DNA of 62,594 bases, filler included, from Perkinsus olseni (lineage: Eukaryota), in assembly GCA_013115125.1 (NCBI GenBank). It is 3 parts of 3 records of this genome, joined end to end, with 100 filler letters (N's around TTAATTAATTAA, not from the genome) between each part and the next. Parts side by side here need not be neighbours in the genome. Positions count along the whole stretch, not along the records: positions 20,921 to 41,714 come from JABANN010000569.1; positions 41,815 to 62,594 come from JABANN010000570.1; 1 more part is not named here. One strand, 5' to 3'. Of this stretch, positions 36,277 through 47,169 are shown in pieces. The position numbers and the translations under genes were made by a program. A model generated the notes under the pieces. That model was given only the letters and a program-made list of their open reading frames with translations. It did not search any database and was not told where the DNA came from. Positions within the stretch are counted from its first letter, which is position 1; every line of letters starts with the position of its first letter.

Positions 36277-37173
36277 TGCCGCTTCCACGATACCTGTTTC
36301 AGCTGCCTCGCTGTTCAAGCTCGCTGGCCTTCACCTGGCTGAGATCTCGCCGGCGTCGACTCTTCGACTGGGGCGTGAGAGGCGTCCTTACATGGTTGGG
36401 AGCGAGGAAGGGGACTCGTCGATATGGTCCTGGTCTGCGGCTGGGTCCGAGGCTGCTGGACCGTCCGTTGGAGGAGAGCGACCGGAGGTCTGTCTGGTGC
36501 CCTCAGGAATCGACTGGGATGGTAGGTCTCTCCTGCCTCTCTGCACGGCTGCTATCTTGCGTCCGCAGCCTCCGTGATCGGGGTCGAGGAAAATCACCCT
36601 CGAGAGGAGGATGGATGGATGAAGGGTCTTTTTTCCGTATACGGCGCTGATCCATGCAGTCTGTACCGAAAAATGTATTTAAAAATGGGGCCACTATGCC
36701 ACACGCAGAAATGAGGCCACTATGTCGAGACAGACCTCGACCTTCTCAGGGCTGGAAGGAGAGACGGAAGCTTCGAGCGGTGCGAGTGTCCAATCAGCGA
36801 AGGCCAAGGCACCGGCAAAGGCATCGGAATCTTCCCGTTGGGGGTTCCCTTCCCGTTTCTCCCGCACCCGAGAGGCCTCGAGGTACCCTTTGCCGGGCGT
36901 TGCTCTCAGAAGCAGTACTTCCTTTTCAGTACCTCGAGGGCAGCAGCAGCAGCATACGGCGACGTTGGCAGTTCAGAGAAATCGCCTTGTCGTGCTGCGT
37001 AGTGTCACTGAGTGACTCTCACCACGCTCCTCGCATAACATGTTCAGCATGAGCTGTGAATCATCCAAGGCCGTATTGAAACGGTGGTTGAGTTAGGGGG
37101 CGGAGTGCCGGTCGGGCGCAGTGGACCCTCCTTGTAGTTGACAGGGTTTATATATCGTTTGACGTCCTCTTCT

Positions 37174-38374
37174 ATGATACAGCCCAGCACCATCATCACA
37201 CTCATACCGCGATGGGTGCTCGGTGCCCTTCTTTGCATCTTCAGCTGCGTCGTCATCAACTTGGGCATGATACTGCAGAAGCGCAGCGTGAAGGTTTCTC
37301 GTAGTGGAAGGCCGCCCTATCTGCAGCCCCTCTGGGTAGGTGGCTTCACAGTCTTCCTTCTTGGTCAAGTATTATCCCTCTGGTCGCTGAGCATGGCACC
37401 ACAGTCGATGCTGTCGTCCCTGGGCAGCTCCTCTCTCGTCAGCAACTCCATTCTCGCCCCGATTCTTTTGGGGGAGAAGCATACGGCTGTGTCCCTATAC
37501 TCTACCGGTATCCTGCTGGCTGGGAGCCTGCTGGTCGTCTCCTGCTCGAGTCGCGCCTCCCAGGAGTTCACCCCTGCCTCATTGATGGGCTTATTCTCAA
37601 TGCCGCAGTTCTTGGCGATGAGTGGCGGGATACTGGCCCTGATGGCCTACCTTGGCTGTCGAAGGATCCGCACGGGTCAGCTGGAGTCCGTGTACTTCGG
37701 AACTCTGAGCGCGCTCCTCGGGGCCTTGTCGGTCCTCTTCGCTAAGTGCGTCTCTATACTGGTATTGGGAGGCCGCTCGGAGAGCTTGCAGTCATCAGAG
37801 ACGGCGGTTCGGGTTGGCTATGCTGCCCTGGTTGTTCTTAATGTTACTTTTTCTATTCTCAGTGTATACGTGATGAACCTAGGGATCATCCGATATCGGG
37901 TAAGTCAGAGTCCCTGCTCCATTGGCTATTGGTCGTGGCAGGCACTGGAGATCCTTCCCGTCTACTACTCCTTGGCGGTCGTCTTCCAGACCGTCACAGG
38001 CGGTGTCTTCTTCCAAGGTGGGCACCGCTCATCAACATCGAAGTTGCATTTTCTTCTACTTGTCAGAATTCGTCCACTTGTCGTCCCAGAAGTGCTTGGG
38101 TTTGGCCTTTGGAGTCCTCCTGACGTGCGTGGGCGTCCAGACTCTCGCCACCGGTGCTGAGTCGACCGAAGCGGAAGGCGGTCCTGTCTTCACTCGCGAA
38201 CCCCTGCTAAGAGAGCACCAACATATTCAGAGGTCGTACTCAGAGGCAGTTGTTCGGGAGAAACAGCGACCGGTTGGAGCGGAGCCCTGCACTCTCTCCT
38301 TGCATCGAGTTCCCGCAGGATCGCCCTCCCTGGCTTGCCTGGATTTTGGCCTCACTCGCCGGAAGTCGTCTTAG
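37174..38374 (+). CDS. NIPA/DUF803 magnesium-transporter family protein, copy B
   Basis: INLGMILQK, PLWVGGF...APQSMLSSLGSSSLVSNSILAPILLGE, SVLFAK, and ILPVYY...GGVFFQE; two short 3' introns. Confidence 0.88.
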
Positions 38375-38718
38375 TCCCCTCAGGGTGTCTAACCTATCTT
38401 TTGCTCAGAAGTTGCCACTCTGAGCTCTCCTGCTATATACATCTCATGCACGACCTCTCGAATGAATTCTCTGAAGTCCGTCGACTAGGTTGCAATAGTA
38501 ACATTCCGCGCTTAATGGTGTACTCCCTGCTCTCCTCGTCCGTATGACCATATAACCCGAGGGAGATTGCCTTTCCGTACGGTTCTGTGAAGGTTAGCGA
38601 TACATTTTACTTACCAACGCTCGCGGTCTTGCGTTACTGGGCCTCGTGGCGATGCTGTATCTTCCGAGACAGGAAGGCATCAATTCCTGCTCAGTGGCAG
38701 CTTTCCTCCCATCTCTCT

Positions 38719-41306
38719 ATGGGATTGCGAGAATGGGAAGTGGGCGTTGGCCTTTGCCTCGCTGCCTGTGTTATCTCCAATGTGGGTATGGTGGTCCAAA
38801 AGTTGAGTGTCTATCGTCACGAGGAATCTGCCAAGTCCAGACGCAGCAACAGCGAAGCTTCAGCTGAGGAGTCGGAGGAGCTCCCCCGAGGGACGCCTAG
38901 CGCTGCGAACGGTGGAGGGGCCTCTTCCCTGTCTGACGGCCTCCTACCGAAGGAGCCTATGATGGTCCCTGTGTACCGGCAACCACTATGGCTGTTGGGC
39001 TTTGCGGTTTTCCTGTCGGGGCAGCTGATATCAATGTGGGCGCTGGGTATGGCCCCCCAGTCGATGCTGTCGTCTCTCGGCAGCTTCAGTCTGGTCAGCA
39101 ACTCCCTCTTGGCCCCTCTTATCCTTAACGAGCAACACAACTCAATGTCGATTTACGCTACGGTCCTGCTGGTAGCGGGGAGTGTGATGGTGGTCATTTT
39201 CTCTCATCACAGTGACCAGGAGAATACTCCTGAAGAGCTGGCGCGGAATCTCAGAGGCTTCCCATTCATCGTCATGATGGCGACCATCGTGGCCTTGCTG
39301 ATCGGCTTGGCCACGCGAGCGTATCGACTGAGGAAGATACAACAGATGTTGGAGCCCATCTACTTTGGCATGGTCTCGGCCCTCCTCGGCGCGTTGTCGG
39401 TCCTCTTCGCTAAGTGTGTGTCCACCCTCCTGCACACGCTGGTGGCCACTGAAGGGGGGAGTGGCGGTATTGGTATCGCTACCGGTACCACTATACTCAT
39501 ATTCTCACTCAGTGCTCTGTGCTCTCTCATGAGCGTTTACTTCATGAACCTAGGGCTGATATGTTTCAAGGTGGGTTAGCGGACGAGAGAGCATTGAGCC
39601 TTCTAGTGTGGCGTCTCCACAGGCACTCTACATCCTGCCGGTCTACTACTCCCTGGCGATAGTATTCCAGACCATCACGGGCGGTGTCTTTTTCAGAGGT
39701 AATATGGTGGGGTTTGCATTGTAAAATGATATCGGGTACAACCGCCGTTGTCTTCACGTTGTCCAGTACAGCGCGGGAAATCCGAAAAGGGTTTCGGGCG
39801 ACGATCTTATTTCTATTGAGCTCGAGCTCGTATTGCCTTTATTATCGATACTTTTCCCCCTTCTCCCTTATTCGCATTCTGCAAGTAAGTCACCAATGGG
39901 CGGTGGCTCAGAATGAATGCTGATGGGAGGAGAACCCCTCCCTTGACTGCGCGTAGAATGATGCCATGTGACGGTGGAGGCGACGGTAGTAATTTCATAA
40001 CGCTGTGATAACAGGAGAGGCGATTATTAAGAGAATCGGTGGTGACTCGTCGGTGTGGTCATTGACCGTAGCATTAATTTTCGCGTGCCAAGACAGGCGC
40101 AACTTGTGTTTTTTTTCTCAGAATTTTCCACCTTCACAGTTCCACAGGCTCTCGGCTTCAGCGGTGGCGTGGTCCTGACGGTGGTTGGTGTATGGGTGCT
40201 CACCACCGCTGATCTTGCGACTACCTGTCCGGAGGACAGTAGCGAGGACGATGAAGCTTCTATTGAGGAGGAGGAGCAGCAGCAGCAGGCCCCAGTGGTG
40301 GAGGTTGTTGGTGACATAAATGAGGCCGACTTGGAATCTGGGTAGGCAGGCCTCGTGTGCTGGCTCTGGGTGATGCGTGGTCTCCTTAGACCGTGCAGCA
40401 CGAAGGGGTTCAGTCCGGAGAGTTCTGCGCTTCACGCGGCCTGGGTAGCAGCCCAGGTGACGGAGTCGCTGGAGAGCTACAGCCGGTCATCAACGCTCCC
40501 TACGACGGTGCCGAGCAGCTACAGTAACCCCAACCTTTATGGGCTGGATGCCATCACGCCAGCTACGTCCCCAAGGGCCGATGGACTCACGCTGGACCTT
40601 AGGAGACCGAGAGTAAGACTGGCCCGGCTATCAGGCGGTTGATGCTTTACCGCTGTGTAGGTGCCGTCGTATAGCGCTCCGATAACCCCTCGAGGAAGTA
40701 GTCACCGACTCGGTCACGCCAATACGATTACGGCCGGGTGCGGCGGCACGCATCGTCATGGGGGAAGGCAGCGGCATAGTGCTGCTACTCCGCTGACTCC
40801 CGCTGCACTGGCAAGGAGGGCTAGCACGGCGCTGCAGCATGCAATGGTGAGACCCTAGGCGACCTCGCTTGACAAGAAGTTGTTGTCTGCAGTTCGATAC
40901 TACGCCGAGGGACTGGCTGCCTTTGCTGGATGGGCAGGAGACGGGTCCACACCTAGCTGTGGATTGGCAGCCGACCCGTCAGAGACCGAGAGGATACTCC
41001 TACCAACCAGCTGGCTCTGCGAACATCGGGCTGATGAGTTCTACCGCTATGGACATGTCCTCTGTCACGCTCCTAGCTGCACAGGTGAGATTTTCTGTCG
41101 GTAGCGGCAGTCATGATTGGTTTCCTTTGTAGATGGTGGACTGCGGTGCCCGACTGGACAGGGCACATACATGCGAAGGGCTGTCACCTCGCTGCACGGG
41201 TCGATCTGCGTGGGCTCAGCACCGGCGTAGCGTACCTGATGGGGAGCGTCGTCGGCGGAGCGAAGGAGGAGGAAGATTTTATATGGGAGCTGAGAACGTA
41301 CACTAG
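38719..41306 (+). CDS. NIPA/DUF803 magnesium-transporter family protein, copy C, with long multi-exon C-terminal tail
   Basis: NVGMVVQK, PLWLLGF...APQSMLSSLGSFSLVSNSLLAPLILNE, SVLFAK, and ILPVYY...GGVFFRE. Its first two intron positions match copy B. Stop inferred at 41304-41306. Confidence 0.85.
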
Positions 41307-41714
41307 AAGGGCGTAGTGGTGTCATCTACTACTGTAAAGTTGCTGTTTTTATGAACCATTTTAACTGATTTATGTACACTTGCGTCGTCTATGTGCTGTA
41401 CACTGATAATGTTACTACCACTCCACCACCAACTCTGAGTGTAGTGGACTGACCTTTGACCTCGTATGCTACGCGAGGGACTTGAGTTCAGTTTTGTATA
41501 ATAGTGAAGGGAACTGTTGCTGCTGCTGGTCGGCCCGCACAGCATCTGGAAGGGGGAAATATCGGATCGGTGCGGAGATCTGTGGAAGGAGTGGTACGGA
41601 ATGGGCTTGGCAATACTACACCTTTTCCCGAGCAAATAAAATGTTTTTTCGTTTGATTTAAAAGGGCCTGGAAAACCGAAGTTTGTTTTAAAAAAGTTTT
41701 CATCCACTTTAAAC

Positions 41715-41814
41715 NNNNNNNNNNNNNNNNNNNNNNNNNNNNNNNNNNNNNNNNNNNNTTAATTAATTAANNNNNNNNNNNNNNNNNNNNNNNNNNNNNN
41801 NNNNNNNNNNNNNN
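41715..41814. other. Assembly gap with artificial six-frame stop spacer
   Basis: N runs flank TTAATTAATTAA. Confidence 0.97.
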
Positions 41815-42112
41815 CACCATTATCAGGGTTCGCGGGTAATTTTTTCCGATTCACCATTTTCAGGATTCACCATTTTCATGGACAACCCAACCCTCTTACA
41901 TGAGCCGTTACCGGAGCCAAGCCGAATGCGCATCCAGGGGCGTTTCGTGGTCTGCAATTTCGCGCGCCCTAGATTCCCTCGGCTATGTTAGTAGTTATTC
42001 ATGTGGTTTAAGGCGCTCACGAGATCTACAATACGCTGGTATTCAGTTGACCTTGATTCCGTTCGTACACTGGGGAATGTACTAAAGTTTCTGATAGTTG
42101 CTTTCCCCCACT

Positions 42113-43651
42113 ATGGATCCACTGCTTTGGAAGCTCGCCGTTCTGGCACTCTTCACGATCGATGTTATCCCAGCGACATCCGGTGGGTCCAGCGTTGATC
42201 AGAGAATCCTCGAGCTGGAAGAGAAAACTGCCAAACTCGAAAGGCTTCTCGAAGCTTCCACCTCCGCTACTCGCAGAGCCCTCGACGACGGCCCCACCGT
42301 TAACGGTCTCGCTGATTCCACCGATACTATCTGGCTCATAGTGTGCGGTGCTCTGGTGATGCTCATGCAGTTCGGCTTCGCGGCTTTGGAGTCAGGCTCC
42401 GTCAGGGCCGGCAATGTCCAGAATATTTTACTCAAGAACCTGCTTGACGTGTCAGTCGGTACCCTGTGTTGGTGGGCATTCGGATTCGCCATCGCTTACG
42501 GCGTTGGTGACGCTCACGGCTTCTTCGGCAACGGACTGTACGAGTACAAGGATGGCAGCTCTGCCCCGTCACCTGGCGAGTATGCCTTTAAAGACTGGTT
42601 CTTCCAGTGGGCATTCTGTGCCACCGCTGCGACTATTGTTTCAGGTGGCGTCGCTGAGCGTGTGCGCTCAAGCAGCTATTTCGTCTATTCGGCCGTGATG
42701 AGCGCCTTCATCTACCCTGCGGTAGTTCAGTTCACCTGGAGTGGTGATGGATGGCTCTCAACCTCCTTCGACTCCCCTTACTACGATTTTGCTGGTAGCG
42801 GTATAGTCCACCTTACGGGTGGTATCGGAGCTCTGACCGGCGCTCTCATCCTCGGCCCGCGCTGTGGTCGCTTCAACAGCGATTACGATCAGAGCGAGTT
42901 CCATCCACATTCGATCCCCCTGATCGTCCTCGGCACATTCGTACTGTGGTTTGGTTGGTTCGGCTTCAACGCTGGTTCTACCCTTGCTATGCGCTCTAGC
43001 GAGGATGCTTGGGTGGCCTCTTTGGCTGCTGTGAATACTGCTCTGGCCGCGGCAGCTGGGGGCTTCGTAACCTTTCTGATACGTTTTATCTTCGTAAAGA
43101 AGTACGACGTTGTCGGTGTCTGCAACGGAATCCTCGCTGGCCTGGTCTCGATCACTGCTGGCTGCGCTAATGTTGTACCGGGCAGCGCCATTTGCATCGC
43201 CACGATCGGAGCTGTTGTTTATCAGTTCGCTTCTTGGAGCATCCAGAAACTGAAGATTGACGATCCAATCGACGCCTTCGCGGTGCATGGGGCTTGTGGC
43301 ATTTGGGGCGTCCTTGCTGCTCCTCTGTGGGATTTCTATTCGGGATTCGACGAGTTCAGCGCTTCGCCGATCGTCTCTGTCGGCTATCAATTTGGTATCC
43401 AGCTTTTGGGTGTGGTCGTGATAATCTCCTTCGTTGGTACTAGCAGTGCCGTCATATTCGGGCTGATGCGCCTCTTCAAGATTTTCCGCATAGAGGAGCA
43501 CCATGAGATGGCTGGAGCGGATGCTGCCAAGCATTACCATGCCCAAGCCTACAGACTATCTCCAGTTATGTCGAAGGAGTCTATGATCACTGGTGGCTCT
43601 GGAATCGAGGCTGGTGACATATCCTTCGGCGGTTGTGAGCAAGGAAAGTAA
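42113..43651 (+). CDS. AMT1: Ammonium transporter (Amt/Mep/Rh family, AMT1-type), intronless
   Basis: MQFGFAALESG, NILLKN, FFQWAF, IVSGGVAER, DFAGSGIVH, LWFGWFGFNAGS, NGILAGLVSITAG and IDDPIDAFAVHG; both conserved pore histidines present. Confidence 0.96.
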   Translation: MDPLLWKLAVLALFTIDVIPATSGGSSVDQRILELEEKTAKLERLLEASTSATRRALDDGPTVNGLADSTDTIWLIVCGALVMLMQFGFAALESGSVRAGNVQNILLKNLLDVSVGTLCWWAFGFAIAYGVGDAHGFFGNGLYEYKDGSSAPSPGEYAFKDWFFQWAFCATAATIVSGGVAERVRSSSYFVYSAVMSAFIYPAVVQFTWSGDGWLSTSFDSPYYDFAGSGIVHLTGGIGALTGALILGPRCGRFNSDYDQSEFHPHSIPLIVLGTFVLWFGWFGFNAGSTLAMRSSEDAWVASLAAVNTALAAAAGGFVTFLIRFIFVKKYDVVGVCNGILAGLVSITAGCANVVPGSAICIATIGAVVYQFASWSIQKLKIDDPIDAFAVHGACGIWGVLAAPLWDFYSGFDEFSASPIVSVGYQFGIQLLGVVVIISFVGTSSAVIFGLMRLFKIFRIEEHHEMAGADAAKHYHAQAYRLSPVMSKESMITGGSGIEAGDISFGGCEQGK

Positions 43652-44407
43652 TTTGAGGTTTTCAGAAGATTATTAGAGCTGTCATACGTCTATTGGATGG
43701 CTACGGTACTTTTGTGACGTATATGGTTTCATTTGAGTCTTGATGAGGCCAGCGGAATTTTCTCCGTAGCCTGTATATTTTCGTCCCCGTCCTAATGATG
43801 CTCCTCTCCCTCCGGGTGAGATGATTTTGCCAAGCATCATTTGCAACTATTTCTGGTAATGGGCTACGTACCCAGCGAGATGATTTGTGAGCGTCGATTG
43901 AGTCAGTCGCTGAGACAGCGAGATGTCCTTGAAGTGGTAGTTAGATGTCGGAGGTCGAGTGATGTCTCTCATAGATAGTCTATTTGGTCAACCGTGGCTC
44001 GTACGGGTTACGGACTAGATTGAATTATGTCATTTGGTGATGACCAAGGCTTTGTGTTTTCTAGTTAGCGGAGGGGGTACCGTCAACCATGTCCTGATCT
44101 TCGAGTTGCTGAAGTTGTGCGCACGGAATGGATGGCCCCCGGGAAGTCGCCAGCCAACTAGACGTTAAGAACGTTTAGTACGATGCTCTCCAGGTGCATC
44201 ACTCGGCGCCCGGAGTAATACTGTTGAAATGCAATGTGGTTGGTTGGATTGGGGGCTGCAGCTCACGAAGTTGTGCAGTGATGAAGAAAAAAGACTGAAA
44301 AGGGAAAGAATTGGGGGTATGCCGCACGTATGCCCAGGTGGTCCGAGGGAAATTCCCGCAAGGAAGCTTCGCAGCTGCATCTCGATGTGTTAGACTTCTA
44401 TCCAACT

Positions 44408-44448
44408 CGTGTGCTCATCGTGTGCTCATCGTGTGCTCATCGTGTGCT
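44408..44448. repeat. Minisatellite, 11-bp unit CGTGTGCTCAT x3.7
   Basis: Directly visible perfect tandem repeat. Confidence 0.9.
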
Positions 44449-44987
44449 GCGGCGTGTACTCGGCCGCATCATCATCAGAGTGGTTCGTCTGTCCAGTGTC
44501 TCCTTCATTCGATTTTTCGCTGATTGTTATGAGGAAGACACGTCACAGCGAGAAGCGGGTCCTCATCTCCTATCGTTGTTCACTTGCTTTCTTCTCCGTT
44601 CTGTGCCCCGCCGAGTCGACTTCCCCCACTGGCCTTCTTATTGTCATTTCAATCGCTTGGCGATGCAAGTAGGGCTGAGCCTCAGTGAACAGAGTAATCT
44701 GACTCCGCAACGAAGTGCAGCAAGTCGGCGTGAGCAGTCTATCGTCGCTACTTCGCGAGCGTCATATCATGTCTCGTGGAGACGTGCGTCACTCTTTATC
44801 GCGGGAGGTGTAGGACTCCGCTTGTGTAAGACTCCGCTCCCTTTAAGTGTAGGAGGGATGCAGTCAAAATCACACAATCATCTGATGACAGCTGAGATAT
44901 AACATCACGTTGCATCACAGCGCAACTGCTGCACATCACCAGCCCAGCCGGCCTGTGACCTCGTTGTTGCCTTGTCACGCACACCAC

Positions 44988-45152
44988 CAGTGCCGTACTC
45001 AGGGGTGGGCAAATCGGGCACTTGTCCAGGGGCCCCGAAAGGACTCCCACTCGGAAAGGGCCCGAGGTGGGACCGCCTCCGCCCGACGGGGGGCCTGTGT
45101 GCTCGATTTGCCCAGGGCCCGAGCTTTCGAAAAAATCGAGAATACGGCACTG
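44988..45152. mobile_element. Non-autonomous hAT-superfamily MITE (165 bp)
   Basis: TIRs CAGTGCCGTA...TACGGCACTG with an 8-bp TSD CACACCAC (44980-44987 and 45153-45160), plus subterminal inverted GGGCAAATCG/CGATTTGCCC. Confidence 0.9.
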
Positions 45153-45532
45153 CACACCACCTAATCACCCTGTTGAACGTGTTTTGAGGTTTGGGTGGGC
45201 GAGAGGAGACGGGAGAAGGCAGAAGTGTCCTCTCACCTTCAACAGCAAGGCCGGATACGGTATTCATAATATCCCTCATGACACTGCTCTCGGAGGCGAA
45301 AAATCCGAGCGCGAGCAGCTCTTCACAGCCGAGCAAAGACGCCAGGCCTGGGCCGTGTGGTTGCCGTGGCCGCCACGGCGTGGCGTGGGGCGTGTCTTAA
45401 GATTTCCGTGTACTTCGTTCCCCTCACTCGCTCGTGTTACGCCTCTTCCGGTTATTCGCGAAAGATGAGACGCGAACTCGAAAATAACCGAGAGTGGTTT
45501 AACTACTGAGAACTCAAAGCGATAGTATTGAA

Positions 45533-46971
45533 TCAAAGAACCTTATGTATTCGGGCAATGAACAGCCCACCAGCATCGACCCGAGCCAGATCATTGTCTG
45601 CAGGGTCGAACCTGCACGCACAAACAGCATCAGCCTCATCCTTCATGGCAGCCCGGCAAGGCACCGTGTAGAGGTCGAAGGGAAGCGGAGTGAGTACAGC
45701 GGAATCTCTCTCCTTCAGTAGGTACTCGACGATGCTCTCGTCTTGCCTCCTCGCCATGCTACAAGTTGAGTACACCATAGTTCCACCGGGTTTGAGAGCC
45801 TCAAAAGCAGCCATGATGAGACCACGCTGAAGAGACTCCAACTCGTCGAGATTGCCGAGCCAAGGCATGGGGTGGCCGCGGCCGTCTTGTTGCTGCCAGA
45901 AGCCGACCACACCCGAGCTGTTCCCCCCTGGTGCTTCTAAATGCTTTAGCATATGCTTCACACTCCCATCGTGGGTACACTCCGCGTCGCATAAAACGTA
46001 GTCCCAACTGCCCGCCTGGAGGGTTGTGGTCTCCACGGAGGCCTCTGACGGAGAACCTCGCCGTTGCCGTTTGCGTCCTCGTGATTTCCTCTTCGCTATT
46101 GTGAGCCTCTCCATAGGTTTATTGCAGATGTATCGGGCGTCACCATGATAAAGCTCAACGTCGTGAGAACCATATTTGGTAAGAAGGCTACGGCACACCA
46201 TCAACCTCTCACGCTTTATATCGACCCCCGCCACACGGCTGCCCCTACACAGCTCCGACAGCATGAGCAACTTCGTGCCAGGGGCGCAGCAGAGATCAAG
46301 AACGGCCGAACCTGGCTCGGGGCCATGCTCCCCTAGTAGGGCGAACACGGCGGATGCACTGGAGACGTCAAGACCGAAAAGCCGACCTGTAAGAAGACGG
46401 CCGTCGGGGTTTGGCAAGAGCGTGAGATTGGCTACCGTCCTTGTACGAGCTCAGCCGGCTCATCTGCGTGTCCGCAGGTATCGAGAAGAACTTTGGACCC
46501 GACCCGAAGCGGGTGGCGGTGAGAGGCTCCAGCCACTCTATCGGAGTGACACTGCGCGGTGCCTTGTCGGTACCTGTTGAGAACCACAGGCACGCACAGG
46601 GGATACGACAAGAGAATAGATCGACAGTGATGATGATCATTTACCGACGGTGGACCACAGCTACGGCTCCCCACTAAGATGGGTTTTAGACCTACCCTCT
46701 GACAAGTTCCCATCTTCAGCCTGTTGTACTTCCTTCTGTAATTCCTCCTCTATACTCGGTCCGTCGAAGCGTTGTCTTACAGTCCTCACAGTAGGTTGAC
46801 GAGTGGGGCCTGAAGGGGCCCGGAAATTGTAGCGCTTGACCGACTGTGTGATACACCAATGGAATCACTACCGTAGATCCGTAGCGGGATTTGGTTGTCC
46901 CAGAGGAACTGTTCGATTTCGGGCGGGAATCGGAACTCCTGCCTGGCTGCTGATGCTGCTGTTGTGGTCAT
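45533..46971 (-). CDS. NOL1/NOP2/Sun (NSUN/RsmB-F) RNA m5C methyltransferase, multi-exon
   Basis: VLDLCCAPGTK, YVLCDAECTHDGS and LKPGGTMVYSTCS. Upstream exons splice back to MTTTAASAARQEF at 46971. Confidence 0.88.
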
Positions 46972-47169
46972 TCGGTGTGTTTGGCAGGGGCCGGATATGG
47001 CGAAGTGGCACAACCGCACCAGCCTAGCGTGAAAGCGCTACACCCCGACGCAGCCCTAACGACGCATCACCCCGACGCAACACAATGACTTAGCAACGTC
47101 GGAGGGCAACCACGGGCATGACACGGACATGAAGCCAGCAAGCTCGACAGATTCCCCTAACTCTCCTTA

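Noticed and set aside
36722-37015. 97-aa Ser/Ala-rich ORF between NIPA copies A and B
   Set aside because: No motif or splice support; could be real but cannot be supported from sequence alone.
44037-44097. GTGATGA...CTGA box C/D snoRNA-like pair (similar pair at 26806-26846)
   Set aside because: No terminal stem and no rRNA-complementary guide that I can recognise; such pairs occur by chance.
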